DNA of 64,000 bases from an uncultured Chloroflexia bacterium (GTDB lineage Bacteria > Chloroflexota > Limnocylindria > Limnocylindrales > CSP1-4). Both the position numbers and the translations under genes were made by a program. Position 1 is the first letter of the stretch; each line of letters opens with the position of its first letter. Shown in pieces: positions 27,668 through 41,069 of the stretch. Under the pieces are notes generated by a model. It was not told where the DNA came from. It saw nothing but the letters and a program-made list of their open reading frames with translations, and made no database searches. The stretch lies in contig OY970218.1 of the NCBI GenBank assembly GCA_963713975.1, positions 96,001 to 160,000 on the forward strand, read 5' to 3'.

Positions 27668-28644
27668 TCGAGCGCGACGACGAACGCGTTGAACGTGCGC
27701 TCCGCGGGCTGCTGGCCAGCCGCGATCCGGGCCCGGCAACGCCCACCCTCCACGAGCGGCTCAGCCATGTCACGGAGCGCACCGTTGCCGAGCCCACGAC
27801 GGCTCGGCGCGTGTCACAGCTGACTGTTCCCGCACTGGGACTCGCGGCGGCGGTCGTGGTGCTGCTCCTCGCACTGCCCCTCCTGGCCCCGCAGGGGATC
27901 GGGCCGGGTCCCGGGGCACCGACCACCACGATCGCCCCGTTCGATCCAACGCTCGCGGGCCCCGGCATCGCCAGCCCACCCGCCCTCGAGGCCGAGGTCC
28001 TGGTCGTGCTCGGGCTGCTCGCTGCGGGCGGGCTGGCGATCGCCGTCGCCCCGGGCTTCCGGCGCACCCTTGCGGCCCTGGCGCTGCTGCTGGTGCTGTT
28101 CGTCGGAGGCATGCTCGCCCTCCTCACCCATGCGGTGACCGGGCCAGTGGCAAGTTGGGGGGGCATCGGCGTGCTGGCCATGGTCCCCGTCGAGGACCAA
28201 CCCCGGGATCTCGTCTACATCACCGCGGATCCCGGTGAGCCGTTCAACTTCGGGTTCTCGGTCGCGAACGCCGGACCGCTGCCGATCCGACTCGAGGGTG
28301 TGGTCGTGGATCCGGCCATCCAGGGACCCGTCGTCGACTTCCCCACCTTCCGCGCAGTGTGGCGGGACGGGGCCCCGGAGGTTGGCAGCACCGGCCCAGC
28401 TGAACCGTTCACGCCGATGGATCTCACGTCCGACCAGCACGTGATGCTGTGGCTGGTCGGGACGGCCTCGCCGTGCGCCGCCGGATCCGCCTTCGATCCT
28501 GCCGTGGCCTCGGACACGGCTGCCGTCGGAATTCCTCCGCTAGTCGTGCACTACAGCGTCCTGGGACTGCCGCGGACGGCGACCATCAGCCTGCCCTTCG
28601 ACCTGATGCAGCCATACCGCGAGAACTGCCAGGTTCAGCCCTGA
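27664..28644 (+). CDS. Putative membrane anti-sigma factor
   Basis: ATGA overlap with the sigma gene; short cytoplasmic N-terminus, three TM segments, then an extracytoplasmic beta-rich domain. Confidence 0.68.
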   Translation: MIERDDERVERALRGLLASRDPGPATPTLHERLSHVTERTVAEPTTARRVSQLTVPALGLAAAVVVLLLALPLLAPQGIGPGPGAPTTTIAPFDPTLAGPGIASPPALEAEVLVVLGLLAAGGLAIAVAPGFRRTLAALALLLVLFVGGMLALLTHAVTGPVASWGGIGVLAMVPVEDQPRDLVYITADPGEPFNFGFSVANAGPLPIRLEGVVVDPAIQGPVVDFPTFRAVWRDGAPEVGSTGPAEPFTPMDLTSDQHVMLWLVGTASPCAAGSAFDPAVASDTAAVGIPPLVVHYSVLGLPRTATISLPFDLMQPYRENCQVQP

Positions 28645-28919
28645 CGCATGGTCGCCTCGTACTCCGGGAAGTAGCGGCCGATCACGGTCAGGTCGAAGCG
28701 GGCGAGGATCGATTCCTTCGGCTCGCGCGCGAGCAGGAACGCGAAGGACCGGCGCACCAGGTCCTCGGGCCCGGCGGCCGCGGGATCAAGCCGGTCCAGG
28801 TCCATGGCGGAGACCGTCACGTCGTGGGTCGTGGACGACGCCGAGCCGCCCACTGTCACGCGGCACGTCCACCCGTCGCCGGGTCGTGGATCGCATCGGA
28901 CATCGATCGCCGCCACCAT
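28635..28919 (-). CDS. Small hypothetical protein (94 aa)
   Basis: Protein-like sequence HDVTV...LVRRSFAFLLAREPKESILARFDL.VI.RYFPEYE; CATCCT -10-like element 7 nt before the ATG. Confidence 0.78.
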   Translation of the reverse strand: MVAAIDVRCDPRPGDGWTCRVTVGGSASSTTHDVTVSAMDLDRLDPAAAGPEDLVRRSFAFLLAREPKESILARFDLTVIGRYFPEYEATMRQG

Positions 28920-28976
28920 CGGTTCGAGGATGACAGGAATCCCACCGCAGCACTCCGAGAGCCGTCTGCCAGGAGG

Positions 28977-30335
28977 CTACTCCCGGGTATCGGCGGGCTC
29001 GACCGGTGCTGCCGGTCCCTCGTCGGCCGGCGGCGTCGGCGTTGGTTGTTCGGACGATCGAAGCGCCGGAGGCACCGATGGCGCAACGAGCGTCTTCGGC
29101 TCGCGCCGCCGATGCCCCCACCAGTCGTGGGCGAACAGCGAGAAGGCCCCGAACGCGACCGTGGCCGTGACCACGAGGCTCTCCCGGATCCCGATCACAC
29201 CTGCAAGGAAGCCGCCCAGGCTGGGTGCAACGATCAGGGCGAAGTTCTGGAGGCTCTGGTCCACGGCGCTGAAGGTGACCCCCTGCTGGCGCGGGATCCG
29301 GCGCATCAACTCATCAAACAGAGCCAGCTGGACGCCGGCGGCCGCCAGCCCACCCACGAAGGCCGCCGCTGCGACGGCCGGCAGGTACGAGAGCACCGAC
29401 ATCATGGCCGGTGCCGCTGTCGCCGCGAGTAGCGCGGGCAGCAGGATTCCGGCCGCGGTCCGCCGCCTCGAGATCCGCCGGACCGCGAGATAGCCGATCA
29501 CCGCCCCCGCCGACTGCGCCGCGCCAATGACACCGATCCAACCATTGGGCGCCTGCAGTTCGTGCACATAGAACAGGGGCAGCAGGGGCATCGCGAGCCC
29601 GATGCTCGCGCTGTAGACCAGCGACCGTGCCTCGAACCGCAAGAACGACGGGTTCGACCGGACGATGTCCAGCGGCAGCCGCACCCGTGCCCGCACGGAC
29701 TTCGGCGGGCCGTCCCCGCTCTGCTCCTGGTCGGGCAGCACGATCCGGCGCGATACCAGGAAGCTGCCGACGCCGGCCATCGAGATCGCGATGAACAGGA
29801 TCGCGAAGTTGACGGGGAAGGCAAGGACGGTGAGCGCAAGGCCCGCGACCACGACCGACACGGACGTCACCCCTCCGGAGATCGCCCACCGCCGACCGAG
29901 CAGGTCGAATCGCCCCCGTGGTCCGGCCGCGCCGTCCATGACGATCGGGAACGCGACCAATCCGGCCGTGGCAGGGAGGGCGGCCAGCGCCCAGATGCCC
30001 AGGACCACAGGGACCGCGACATCCGCCGGGAGCACGACGGCTGCCACGCCCATGGTCCCGTAGCTCATCCAGCCGGCGAGCCGGAGCCGACTGTACGAGC
30101 GGACGATGTTGTGCCGCCGCTGGAGCCAGCGCCCGAACGGGATCGCAAGGGTGAAGGCCACGAGTGCCGGGATTGCCGTAAGCAGGCCAACCGAGGTACC
30201 GGAAGCGCCCAGCTTGACCAGGAACACGGGCAGGAACGTGCTGGCCGCGGCCACGATGCCCACGAACACCGAATCGACCTGAACCAGGTGGTAGTTCCGG
30301 GTCTGGTCAGGAGTCGGCCGCAGATCTCCTCTCAT
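28977..30335 (-). CDS. MFS transporter
   Basis: About 12 TM segments; VFLVKLGAS..VGLLTAIP and RGRF motifs. Confidence 0.85.
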   Translation of the reverse strand: MRGDLRPTPDQTRNYHLVQVDSVFVGIVAAASTFLPVFLVKLGASGTSVGLLTAIPALVAFTLAIPFGRWLQRRHNIVRSYSRLRLAGWMSYGTMGVAAVVLPADVAVPVVLGIWALAALPATAGLVAFPIVMDGAAGPRGRFDLLGRRWAISGGVTSVSVVVAGLALTVLAFPVNFAILFIAISMAGVGSFLVSRRIVLPDQEQSGDGPPKSVRARVRLPLDIVRSNPSFLRFEARSLVYSASIGLAMPLLPLFYVHELQAPNGWIGVIGAAQSAGAVIGYLAVRRISRRRTAAGILLPALLAATAAPAMMSVLSYLPAVAAAAFVGGLAAAGVQLALFDELMRRIPRQQGVTFSAVDQSLQNFALIVAPSLGGFLAGVIGIRESLVVTATVAFGAFSLFAHDWWGHRRREPKTLVAPSVPPALRSSEQPTPTPPADEGPAAPVEPADTRE

Positions 30336-30394
30336 ACGGAACCAACCCTAGCGCAGACCGCCGGGCCGGCCGGCCCCGCCTGCCTGGTGCCGGG

Positions 30395-31165
30395 TCACGC
30401 CCCCGGCTGGCAGACAGGACACCAGAACGTGAGCCTCGGCAGGTCCCGCCCCTGGTGCGCGACCTGGATCTCCGCGCCACAGCGTGGGCAGGGTCGTGCA
30501 GCGCGGCGGGACACGCGCCGGGGCCGCCGTCCGGTCGCCGCCCCGCGGCGCAGGATGTCGCGAGCGACGCCCACCAGGTCGCGAAGGGCGTCGTCGTCGA
30601 GATCGTGGACCTTCGTCCATGGCGACACGCGGGCCTGCCACAGAGCCTCGTTCTTGACCTCGTTGCCGATACCGGCCATGACGCGCTGGTCGAGCATGGC
30701 TTCGGCCATCGAAGTCGCGGCACGGGATGGATCCCGGAGCCTTCGGAGGACGCCGGCCACGTCAACGGGATCCCGGAGCAGATCCGGCCCCAGCCCGGAC
30801 AGGGTGGGGTTCAGGGCCTCGGCCCGCTGCTCGAACAGCTCCACGGTGGGAGCGTCGAAGCAGACGACCACGGAGCCGGGGACCTCGATCACCAGCCTGG
30901 CCCGAACAGGTGGCCGGCGCCAGGGCTCGCCCGGGCGGTAGCGGTGCCAGGAGCCGTGCATGCCCAGGTGGGTGCGGATCTCGAGGCCGTTGTCGAACCA
31001 GAGCAGGAGGTTCTTGCCCGCGGTGTCGACCGCGACCACCGTGGCCCCGACGATGAGCTCCGCCCTGGGCCCCGGAGCCCGTGACGACGCGGCCGTCACG
31101 ATCCGGCCCACCAGGTACGGCCGGAGCCCGGCGGCGGTCCGGGCGAGCGTGTCACCCTCGGGCAC
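30395..31165 (-). CDS. nei: Fpg/Nei family DNA glycosylase (endonuclease VIII-like, Nei2 type)
   Basis: N-terminal PEG, GKNLL, HLGMHGSW, LDQRVMAGIGN (H2TH) and C-terminal CPRC...CPVCQ zinc finger. Confidence 0.93.
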   Translation of the reverse strand: MPEGDTLARTAAGLRPYLVGRIVTAASSRAPGPRAELIVGATVVAVDTAGKNLLLWFDNGLEIRTHLGMHGSWHRYRPGEPWRRPPVRARLVIEVPGSVVVCFDAPTVELFEQRAEALNPTLSGLGPDLLRDPVDVAGVLRRLRDPSRAATSMAEAMLDQRVMAGIGNEVKNEALWQARVSPWTKVHDLDDDALRDLVGVARDILRRGAATGRRPRRVSRRAARPCPRCGAEIQVAHQGRDLPRLTFWCPVCQPGA

Positions 31166-31176
31166 CGTGCCGGGTC

Positions 31177-35892
<4,716 letters not shown>

Positions 35893-35901
35893 GGGAGCCG
35901 G

Positions 35902-35939
35902 AGTATAGGGCTCGACGCACATTTCGTACAGATGTTCTA
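35902..35939 (-). promoter_or_regulatory. lhr-nei promoter: TATACT -10 element plus LexA-type (GAAC-N4-GTTC) box over the -35 region
   Basis: Minus strand reads TAGAACATCTGTACGA (35924-35939), then TATACT (35902-35907), 9 nt before the GTG. Confidence 0.72.
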
Positions 35940-36217
35940 GATGGCCGCTCGGCCGCCGCGCGGTGTATCCCTCGGCCGCCGAATCGGAACCGGCGAGCCA
36001 GGGTGGGCCCGCCGGTCCTGTTGCCGGTCGGCCGCGCGGTGGAGGGGGAGGGGGTACGCCGCTCGGTCGACCTGTCAGCGCCAATCATCGGCACGGTGCG
36101 GGCCGGAAGGCGCCTGCCGCATCGCCCGCTGATCGATGACCCGGCGGGCCCAATGGCATGTCGGCCAGCCCGATGGCACGGGTCCGTGCGGCCCCCCAGC
36201 CCGTGCGGCCCCCCAGG

Positions 36218-37984
36218 TCACCGCGCCCGCAGGTAGGCGGCGATGGCGCGGGCGTCGTCGCGGGCGGCGTCCGGTGGCGCGACCCGGTTCTCGAATCCAG
36301 CCCCGACCAGCAGCCGACGTGCGACGTCCAGCCGGATCGCCACGTCATCGGGCTCGACCACGTCGCGCTCCGCGACCCCGACCAGGGCGTCCATCCCCGT
36401 TCGTCGCGGCCGACCATCGACCAGGGCCCGCAACATCGCGAGCCCGAGCCCGGCCTGCCTGTACCCGGGCGCGACCCCGACCGCGAGCAGCGACTCGACC
36501 GCGGGCGCCGTCATGGACGGAGCCGCCACGGCCAGGCCCACGATGACGGATCCGGCGACGGCCCCCACCACCCGGGCGCCGTCGGCCAGCCCGGCCCGGA
36601 GGAGCGTCATGGCATCGTCCACAGCGTACGGCGACACGACCCGGGGCAGGAGCGTGAGCCGGTCGAGGTCGGCGGGGCCCAGGGCGAGGACGACCGGCGC
36701 CAGGGACGGGTCCGGGGCTGCCTCCACGCGGGCCAGCTCAGGCGCCACCCCGCCGCCACCCGCCGACCCCAGCAGCGCCTGCCCGGCCCAGGCGAGGGAC
36801 GGACGCCACCAGCCCCGGTCCTCGGCCTCACGAACGAGACGTGGCAGGACGGCCATCCGCACCCGTGCAAGCGTCGCGAGGGATCGCTCCTCGCCCGCCC
36901 GCTGGGCGCCATCCACCGGTCGTCCCGCGTTCGGCTCGTCGAGCACGGTCGACGGCATTCCGGGGGTTCCGAAGGACGCCGCGTCGGTCGCCCACCGGTC
37001 CCGCCACGCCGCCGGCGTCTCCGCGGGCGGCTCCCGGTGAGCTCCGGCCAGCCAGGTCAGGGCCCAGGCACGCGGCACCACCCGATAGGCGTCATACCCG
37101 CCTCCCCCGGTCGCCAGCCAGCGCCCGGCAGCCCATCGATGGGCGACGGCATCGACGAGCCTTGCCGCCTCGCTCATCGCGGTCGTCGTCACACGCAGGT
37201 GCGCGAGCGGATCCCAGGCGTGCGAGTCGGCCCCGTGCTGCGAGACGACGACCTCCGGACCGAAGACTGCCGCCAGTGACGGAAGCAGCGAGCGGACCGC
37301 CGCCAGCCACGCCTCCTCGCCCGCGTGGGGCTCGAACGGCATGTTCACCACCGATCCCGCTGCCGTTCCATCCCCCAGCTCGTGAACGAAGCCGGTCCCC
37401 GGAAACAGGTATCGCCCGTGCTCATGGAACGAGAGGGTCAGCGTCCCCGGGTCCGCCGCCGTCATCGCCTGGGCGCCGTCACCGTGGTGCACGTCGAGGT
37501 CCACGTACAGGACCCGCAGGCCCTCCGCCCGCGCCCGGACGACCGCCAGCGCCGGATCGTTGTAGACGCAGAACCCGGAGGCCCTCGCCGCCAGCGCGTG
37601 GTGGAGGCCACCGCCGGGGTGGTGCGCGTGCTGGACATCGCCGCGCAGCACCGCCTCCATGGCGCCGAGCGAGCCCCCAGCCACGGTCGCGGCGGCCTCG
37701 TGCATGCCGGCGAAGGCGGGGTTGTCGGCGCTGCCGATGCCCATCGATGCGGGCAACGACGGGTCGGCGGATAGCCGCCGGACCGTGGCGAGGTACTCGG
37801 GGAGGTGGAGGCGGAGCAGGGCATCGTCCGACACCGGCTCCGGGGCGAGCCCGGGCTCCGCACCGAGACGCCGGAGCAGGTCGATGCCCGGTCCGAAGCG
37901 CAGCGGCGTCAGCGGATGCGCGGGGCCGAAGTCGTACCCGAGCGACCCGGGACCGAACACCAGGAGCGGATCAGCGGGTGCCAT
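36218..37984 (-). CDS. acuC: AcuC-like Zn-dependent deacetylase (HDAC family) fused to a C-terminal GNAT-like domain
   Basis: HP, GGLHHA, GFCVYND, DLDVHHGDG, YLFPGTG, QHGADSH..DPLAHL and GGGGY motifs; C-terminal IVGLAVA...LAVGVAPGYRQAGLG...LVGAGF. Confidence 0.88.
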   Translation of the reverse strand: MAPADPLLVFGPGSLGYDFGPAHPLTPLRFGPGIDLLRRLGAEPGLAPEPVSDDALLRLHLPEYLATVRRLSADPSLPASMGIGSADNPAFAGMHEAAATVAGGSLGAMEAVLRGDVQHAHHPGGGLHHALAARASGFCVYNDPALAVVRARAEGLRVLYVDLDVHHGDGAQAMTAADPGTLTLSFHEHGRYLFPGTGFVHELGDGTAAGSVVNMPFEPHAGEEAWLAAVRSLLPSLAAVFGPEVVVSQHGADSHAWDPLAHLRVTTTAMSEAARLVDAVAHRWAAGRWLATGGGGYDAYRVVPRAWALTWLAGAHREPPAETPAAWRDRWATDAASFGTPGMPSTVLDEPNAGRPVDGAQRAGEERSLATLARVRMAVLPRLVREAEDRGWWRPSLAWAGQALLGSAGGGGVAPELARVEAAPDPSLAPVVLALGPADLDRLTLLPRVVSPYAVDDAMTLLRAGLADGARVVGAVAGSVIVGLAVAAPSMTAPAVESLLAVGVAPGYRQAGLGLAMLRALVDGRPRRTGMDALVGVAERDVVEPDDVAIRLDVARRLLVGAGFENRVAPPDAARDDARAIAAYLRAR

Positions 37985-38048
37985 GACCCGGCCGACGATA
38001 CCCCGTCACCAGCACTGCCGCGCCTCCCACGCTGCTACCATCGCGGCC

Positions 38049-38225
38049 ATGGACCTGATCCTGATCCTGGCCATCGCCCTCATCGTCGTCATCATGTGGC
38101 GCGGCCCCAAGACGCTGCCGTTGCTCGGCAAGGCGTTCGGCCAGGGCGTGAAGGAGGCGAAGAAGGAGATCGACGGGATCAAGGACGACGTCGAGACCCC
38201 CGAGGACGAGTCGAAGTCGTCCTAG
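38049..38225 (+). CDS. tatA: Twin-arginine translocase TatA/TatE subunit
   Basis: N-terminal TM followed by GPKTLPLLGKAFGQGVKEAKK amphipathic helix and an acidic tail. Confidence 0.9.
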   Translation: MDLILILAIALIVVIMWRGPKTLPLLGKAFGQGVKEAKKEIDGIKDDVETPEDESKSS

Positions 38226-38303
38226 CGGCGGGCCGGGACGAACCGCGGAGATCGCCTCGCCTCAGCGCGCCAGGGAGCCGCCGACCCGTCGGGCTGCCCC
38301 GCG

Positions 38304-38804
38304 TCACAGGGCCAGTGTGTAGGCCCACAACCTGACCCCCGGCACGGGCTCGAAGTCCCGCGCCGGAGCTCGCTGAAACCCGAGCCGCTCGTAGAGACGC
38401 TGGGCGGTGGTCCATGACGGTTCCGTGGTGATGGCCAGGCCCCGGCGTCCAGCCGTCCGTGCCCGTGCCGCGCAGGCGTCCACCAGGCTCGCCCCGACAC
38501 CCCGGCCCCGTGCCCCCACCGCGACACCGAGCATCCGGAACCCCGCCTCGTCGGGCAGCTCCAGCTCCGCCAGCGGGCTGGCGTGATCACGGACGTAGCT
38601 CACGCACCCCAGCAGCGTCCCGTCGTCGTCCACCGCGACCAGGATGTCCGCATCGCCGGCCCGACCCCTGGCGTCACGCACCTGGTCAAGGTACCCGCCG
38701 GCCTCGTCCATGCCCGGTTGGGTCCGGTACGCATCGGCGACCAACCGACCCGCCGCCTCGAGCTCATCGTCCCGGGCAAGCCGGATCGTGACACCGGTCG
38801 TCAC
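38304..38804 (-). CDS. GNAT family N-acetyltransferase
   Basis: IRLA, FRMLGV...RGRGVG and AQRLYERLGF motifs; GTGA overlap with the upstream gene. Confidence 0.88.
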   Translation of the reverse strand: MTTGVTIRLARDDELEAAGRLVADAYRTQPGMDEAGGYLDQVRDARGRAGDADILVAVDDDGTLLGCVSYVRDHASPLAELELPDEAGFRMLGVAVGARGRGVGASLVDACAARARTAGRRGLAITTEPSWTTAQRLYERLGFQRAPARDFEPVPGVRLWAYTLAL

Positions 38805-40900
38805 GTACCAGCCAGCAGGGCGTCGAGCGCCTCCGGCTCGTGGACCGGCTGGCGGCATGCGAACTCACGGCACACGAAGGCAGTCGCCCGGCCGTGCAGG
38901 GCGAAGCGGTGGATGAGCAGCGGCACGGCGGAGGACGCGGGCGAGACCGACACCGCGAGCACCCTGAATGGGTGGTAGCCGCGGTCCACGACCCGCAGCA
39001 ACTGTCGGGTGTGTGCGTCGGCCGGATCCCCGATGATCGCGACCTCGGTAAGGCCGGCATGGGCGAGCTCGAGCGCGCACAGCCACTGGGCGAAGGCCGT
39101 CGGGTAGCGCGCGAGGTACGGGCCGACCACCGCCAGCGCCCGCTCGGCAGCCGCCAGGTAGCGTGGGTCGCCGGTGAGCGCCGAGAGCCTGATCAGGACG
39201 GTCGCCGCCATCCCGCCACCCGATGGCGTGGCGTTGTCCTGGAGGCCCTTCGGGCGCACGACGAGCGGCTCCCCGTCATCGGACGTGTCGAAGAACCCGC
39301 CTTCCGGGTCGCCGAACCTGGCCAGGATCGTCTCCACCAGCGACACGGCGCCCGAGAACCAGCGCTCGTCCAGTGTGGCCTCGTAGAGCGCCAGCAGCCC
39401 GTCCGCAAGGTTCGCGTGGTCCTCCAGCACGCCGTTCGCGGTAGCGCGTCCGTCCTTCCACGACCGGTGAAGGCGCCCATCTCCATCCAGGAGGCCCCGC
39501 AGCACGGCGTCCGCCGCCGCCACGGCCGCCTCGCGATAGCGGTCTGCCAGCCCGTCCAGGTCGGGGTCGGCGTCCCCCGAGAGCGAGCGTGCCGCGTCGG
39601 CAAGGGCGGCGATCGCGAGACCGTTCCAGGCCGCCAGCACCTTGTCATCCCGCGCGGGCTGCGGCCGGTCTGCGCGACGTTCCAGGAGCCGTGCCCTGCC
39701 TGCCGCGAGACGGCGGGCAACCTCATCCGGCGCCAGGCCGAACCGATCCGCGAGCTCCGCGTCCGATCGGATCCGCGACAGGATCGTGTGGCCCTCCCAG
39801 TTCCCGCCGTCGGTCGCGCCGTAGGCGGCGGCCACCAGCGCCGCGTCGGCTCCGAGCACCTCGCGGATCTCGCCGGCGGACCACACGAACGTGGCGCCCT
39901 CCTCGCCTTCGGTGTCGGCGTCCTGGCTCGCGGCGAAGCCGCCGTCGGGCGTCCGCAGCTCGCGCAGCAGGTAGTCGAGGGTGCCGGTTGCGGTGCCGAG
40001 ATAGGACGGGTCGCTGGTGAGCGCCCACGCGTGGATGTACACCCGTGCCAGCTGGGCGTTGTCGTACAGCATCTGCTCGAAGTGCGGGACCAGCCAGCCG
40101 GCATCCGTGGAATAGCGGTGGAAGCCCCCGCCCAGGTGATCGTGGATGCCGCCCGCGGCCATCGCGTCGAGGCTCCGCCGGGCGATCTCGAGCGGGGCGG
40201 CGTCGCCGGTGGCCACGTGACGGCGGAGCAGCGCCTCGATCGTCATGGCCTGCGGGAACTTCGGTGCCCGACCCCAGCCACCGGTGACCGGGTCGAAGGC
40301 ATCGGCGATCCCGGCAGCCGCATCGGCGAGCGTCTCCGTGGGCGGCAGCCCCGACGCCGGCGACGCCGCCCGCTGCTGCTCGGCCAGCGCCTGCACCAGT
40401 CGTCCACCAGCCTCCTCCAGGTCCGCGCGACGCTCGGTCCAGGCCTGGGTCACGCCAGCCAGGACCTGGCGGAACGACGGCAGGCCATGGCGCGACTCGG
40501 GTGGGAAGTAGGTGCCGCCGAAGAAGGGCCGTCCCTCGGGCGTGAGGAACACGCTCATCGGCCAGCCACCCTGACCGGTGAGCGCCTGCACGGCACCCAT
40601 GTACAGCGCGTCGATGTCCGGCCGTTCCTCGCGGTCAACCTTGATCGCGACGAAGTGCGCGTTGAGCTGCGCTGCGGTCGCACCGTCCTCGAACGACTCG
40701 CGTTCCATCACATGGCACCAGTGGCAGGCCGCATAGCCCACGGACAGGAAGACCGGCCGATCGAGCTCGATGGCCCGGTCCAGCGCCTCACGCCCCCACG
40801 GGTACCAGTCCACGGGATTGCGAGCGTGCTGGAGCAGGTACGGGCTTGTCTCACCCGCGAGACGGTTCGCGCGCTGCGGGGATGGATCGACCACTGCCAT
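38801..40900 (-). CDS. Thioredoxin-domain protein, YyaL/SSP411 family
   Basis: NRLAGETSPYLLQHARNPVDWYPW, CHWCHVM, KVDREERPD, PHFEQMLYDNA and DDKVLAAWNG motifs. Confidence 0.94.
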   Translation of the reverse strand: MAVVDPSPQRANRLAGETSPYLLQHARNPVDWYPWGREALDRAIELDRPVFLSVGYAACHWCHVMERESFEDGATAAQLNAHFVAIKVDREERPDIDALYMGAVQALTGQGGWPMSVFLTPEGRPFFGGTYFPPESRHGLPSFRQVLAGVTQAWTERRADLEEAGGRLVQALAEQQRAASPASGLPPTETLADAAAGIADAFDPVTGGWGRAPKFPQAMTIEALLRRHVATGDAAPLEIARRSLDAMAAGGIHDHLGGGFHRYSTDAGWLVPHFEQMLYDNAQLARVYIHAWALTSDPSYLGTATGTLDYLLRELRTPDGGFAASQDADTEGEEGATFVWSAGEIREVLGADAALVAAAYGATDGGNWEGHTILSRIRSDAELADRFGLAPDEVARRLAAGRARLLERRADRPQPARDDKVLAAWNGLAIAALADAARSLSGDADPDLDGLADRYREAAVAAADAVLRGLLDGDGRLHRSWKDGRATANGVLEDHANLADGLLALYEATLDERWFSGAVSLVETILARFGDPEGGFFDTSDDGEPLVVRPKGLQDNATPSGGGMAATVLIRLSALTGDPRYLAAAERALAVVGPYLARYPTAFAQWLCALELAHAGLTEVAIIGDPADAHTRQLLRVVDRGYHPFRVLAVSVSPASSAVPLLIHRFALHGRATAFVCREFACRQPVHEPEALDALLAGT

Positions 40901-41069
40901 GCCTCGATGGTACGCGCGGCCGGTGCACCGGCGCCCCACCAAACGCCCTGCAGGGCCAATCGACCCGGGGGCAGCGGCAAGATTTCTCTGGTCAACCAGA
41001 CGCAGGGCGTCGTAGGCTACGCTTCTCACACCGCCGATTATTCGTGCCCGTCGGCAAGGAGATGGATCG

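Noticed and set aside
40940-41012. 9-bp inverted repeat ACGCCCTGC...GCAGGGCGT in the divergent intergenic region
   Set aside because: Single short GC-rich instance, not seen elsewhere in the window; insufficient for a MITE or operator call.
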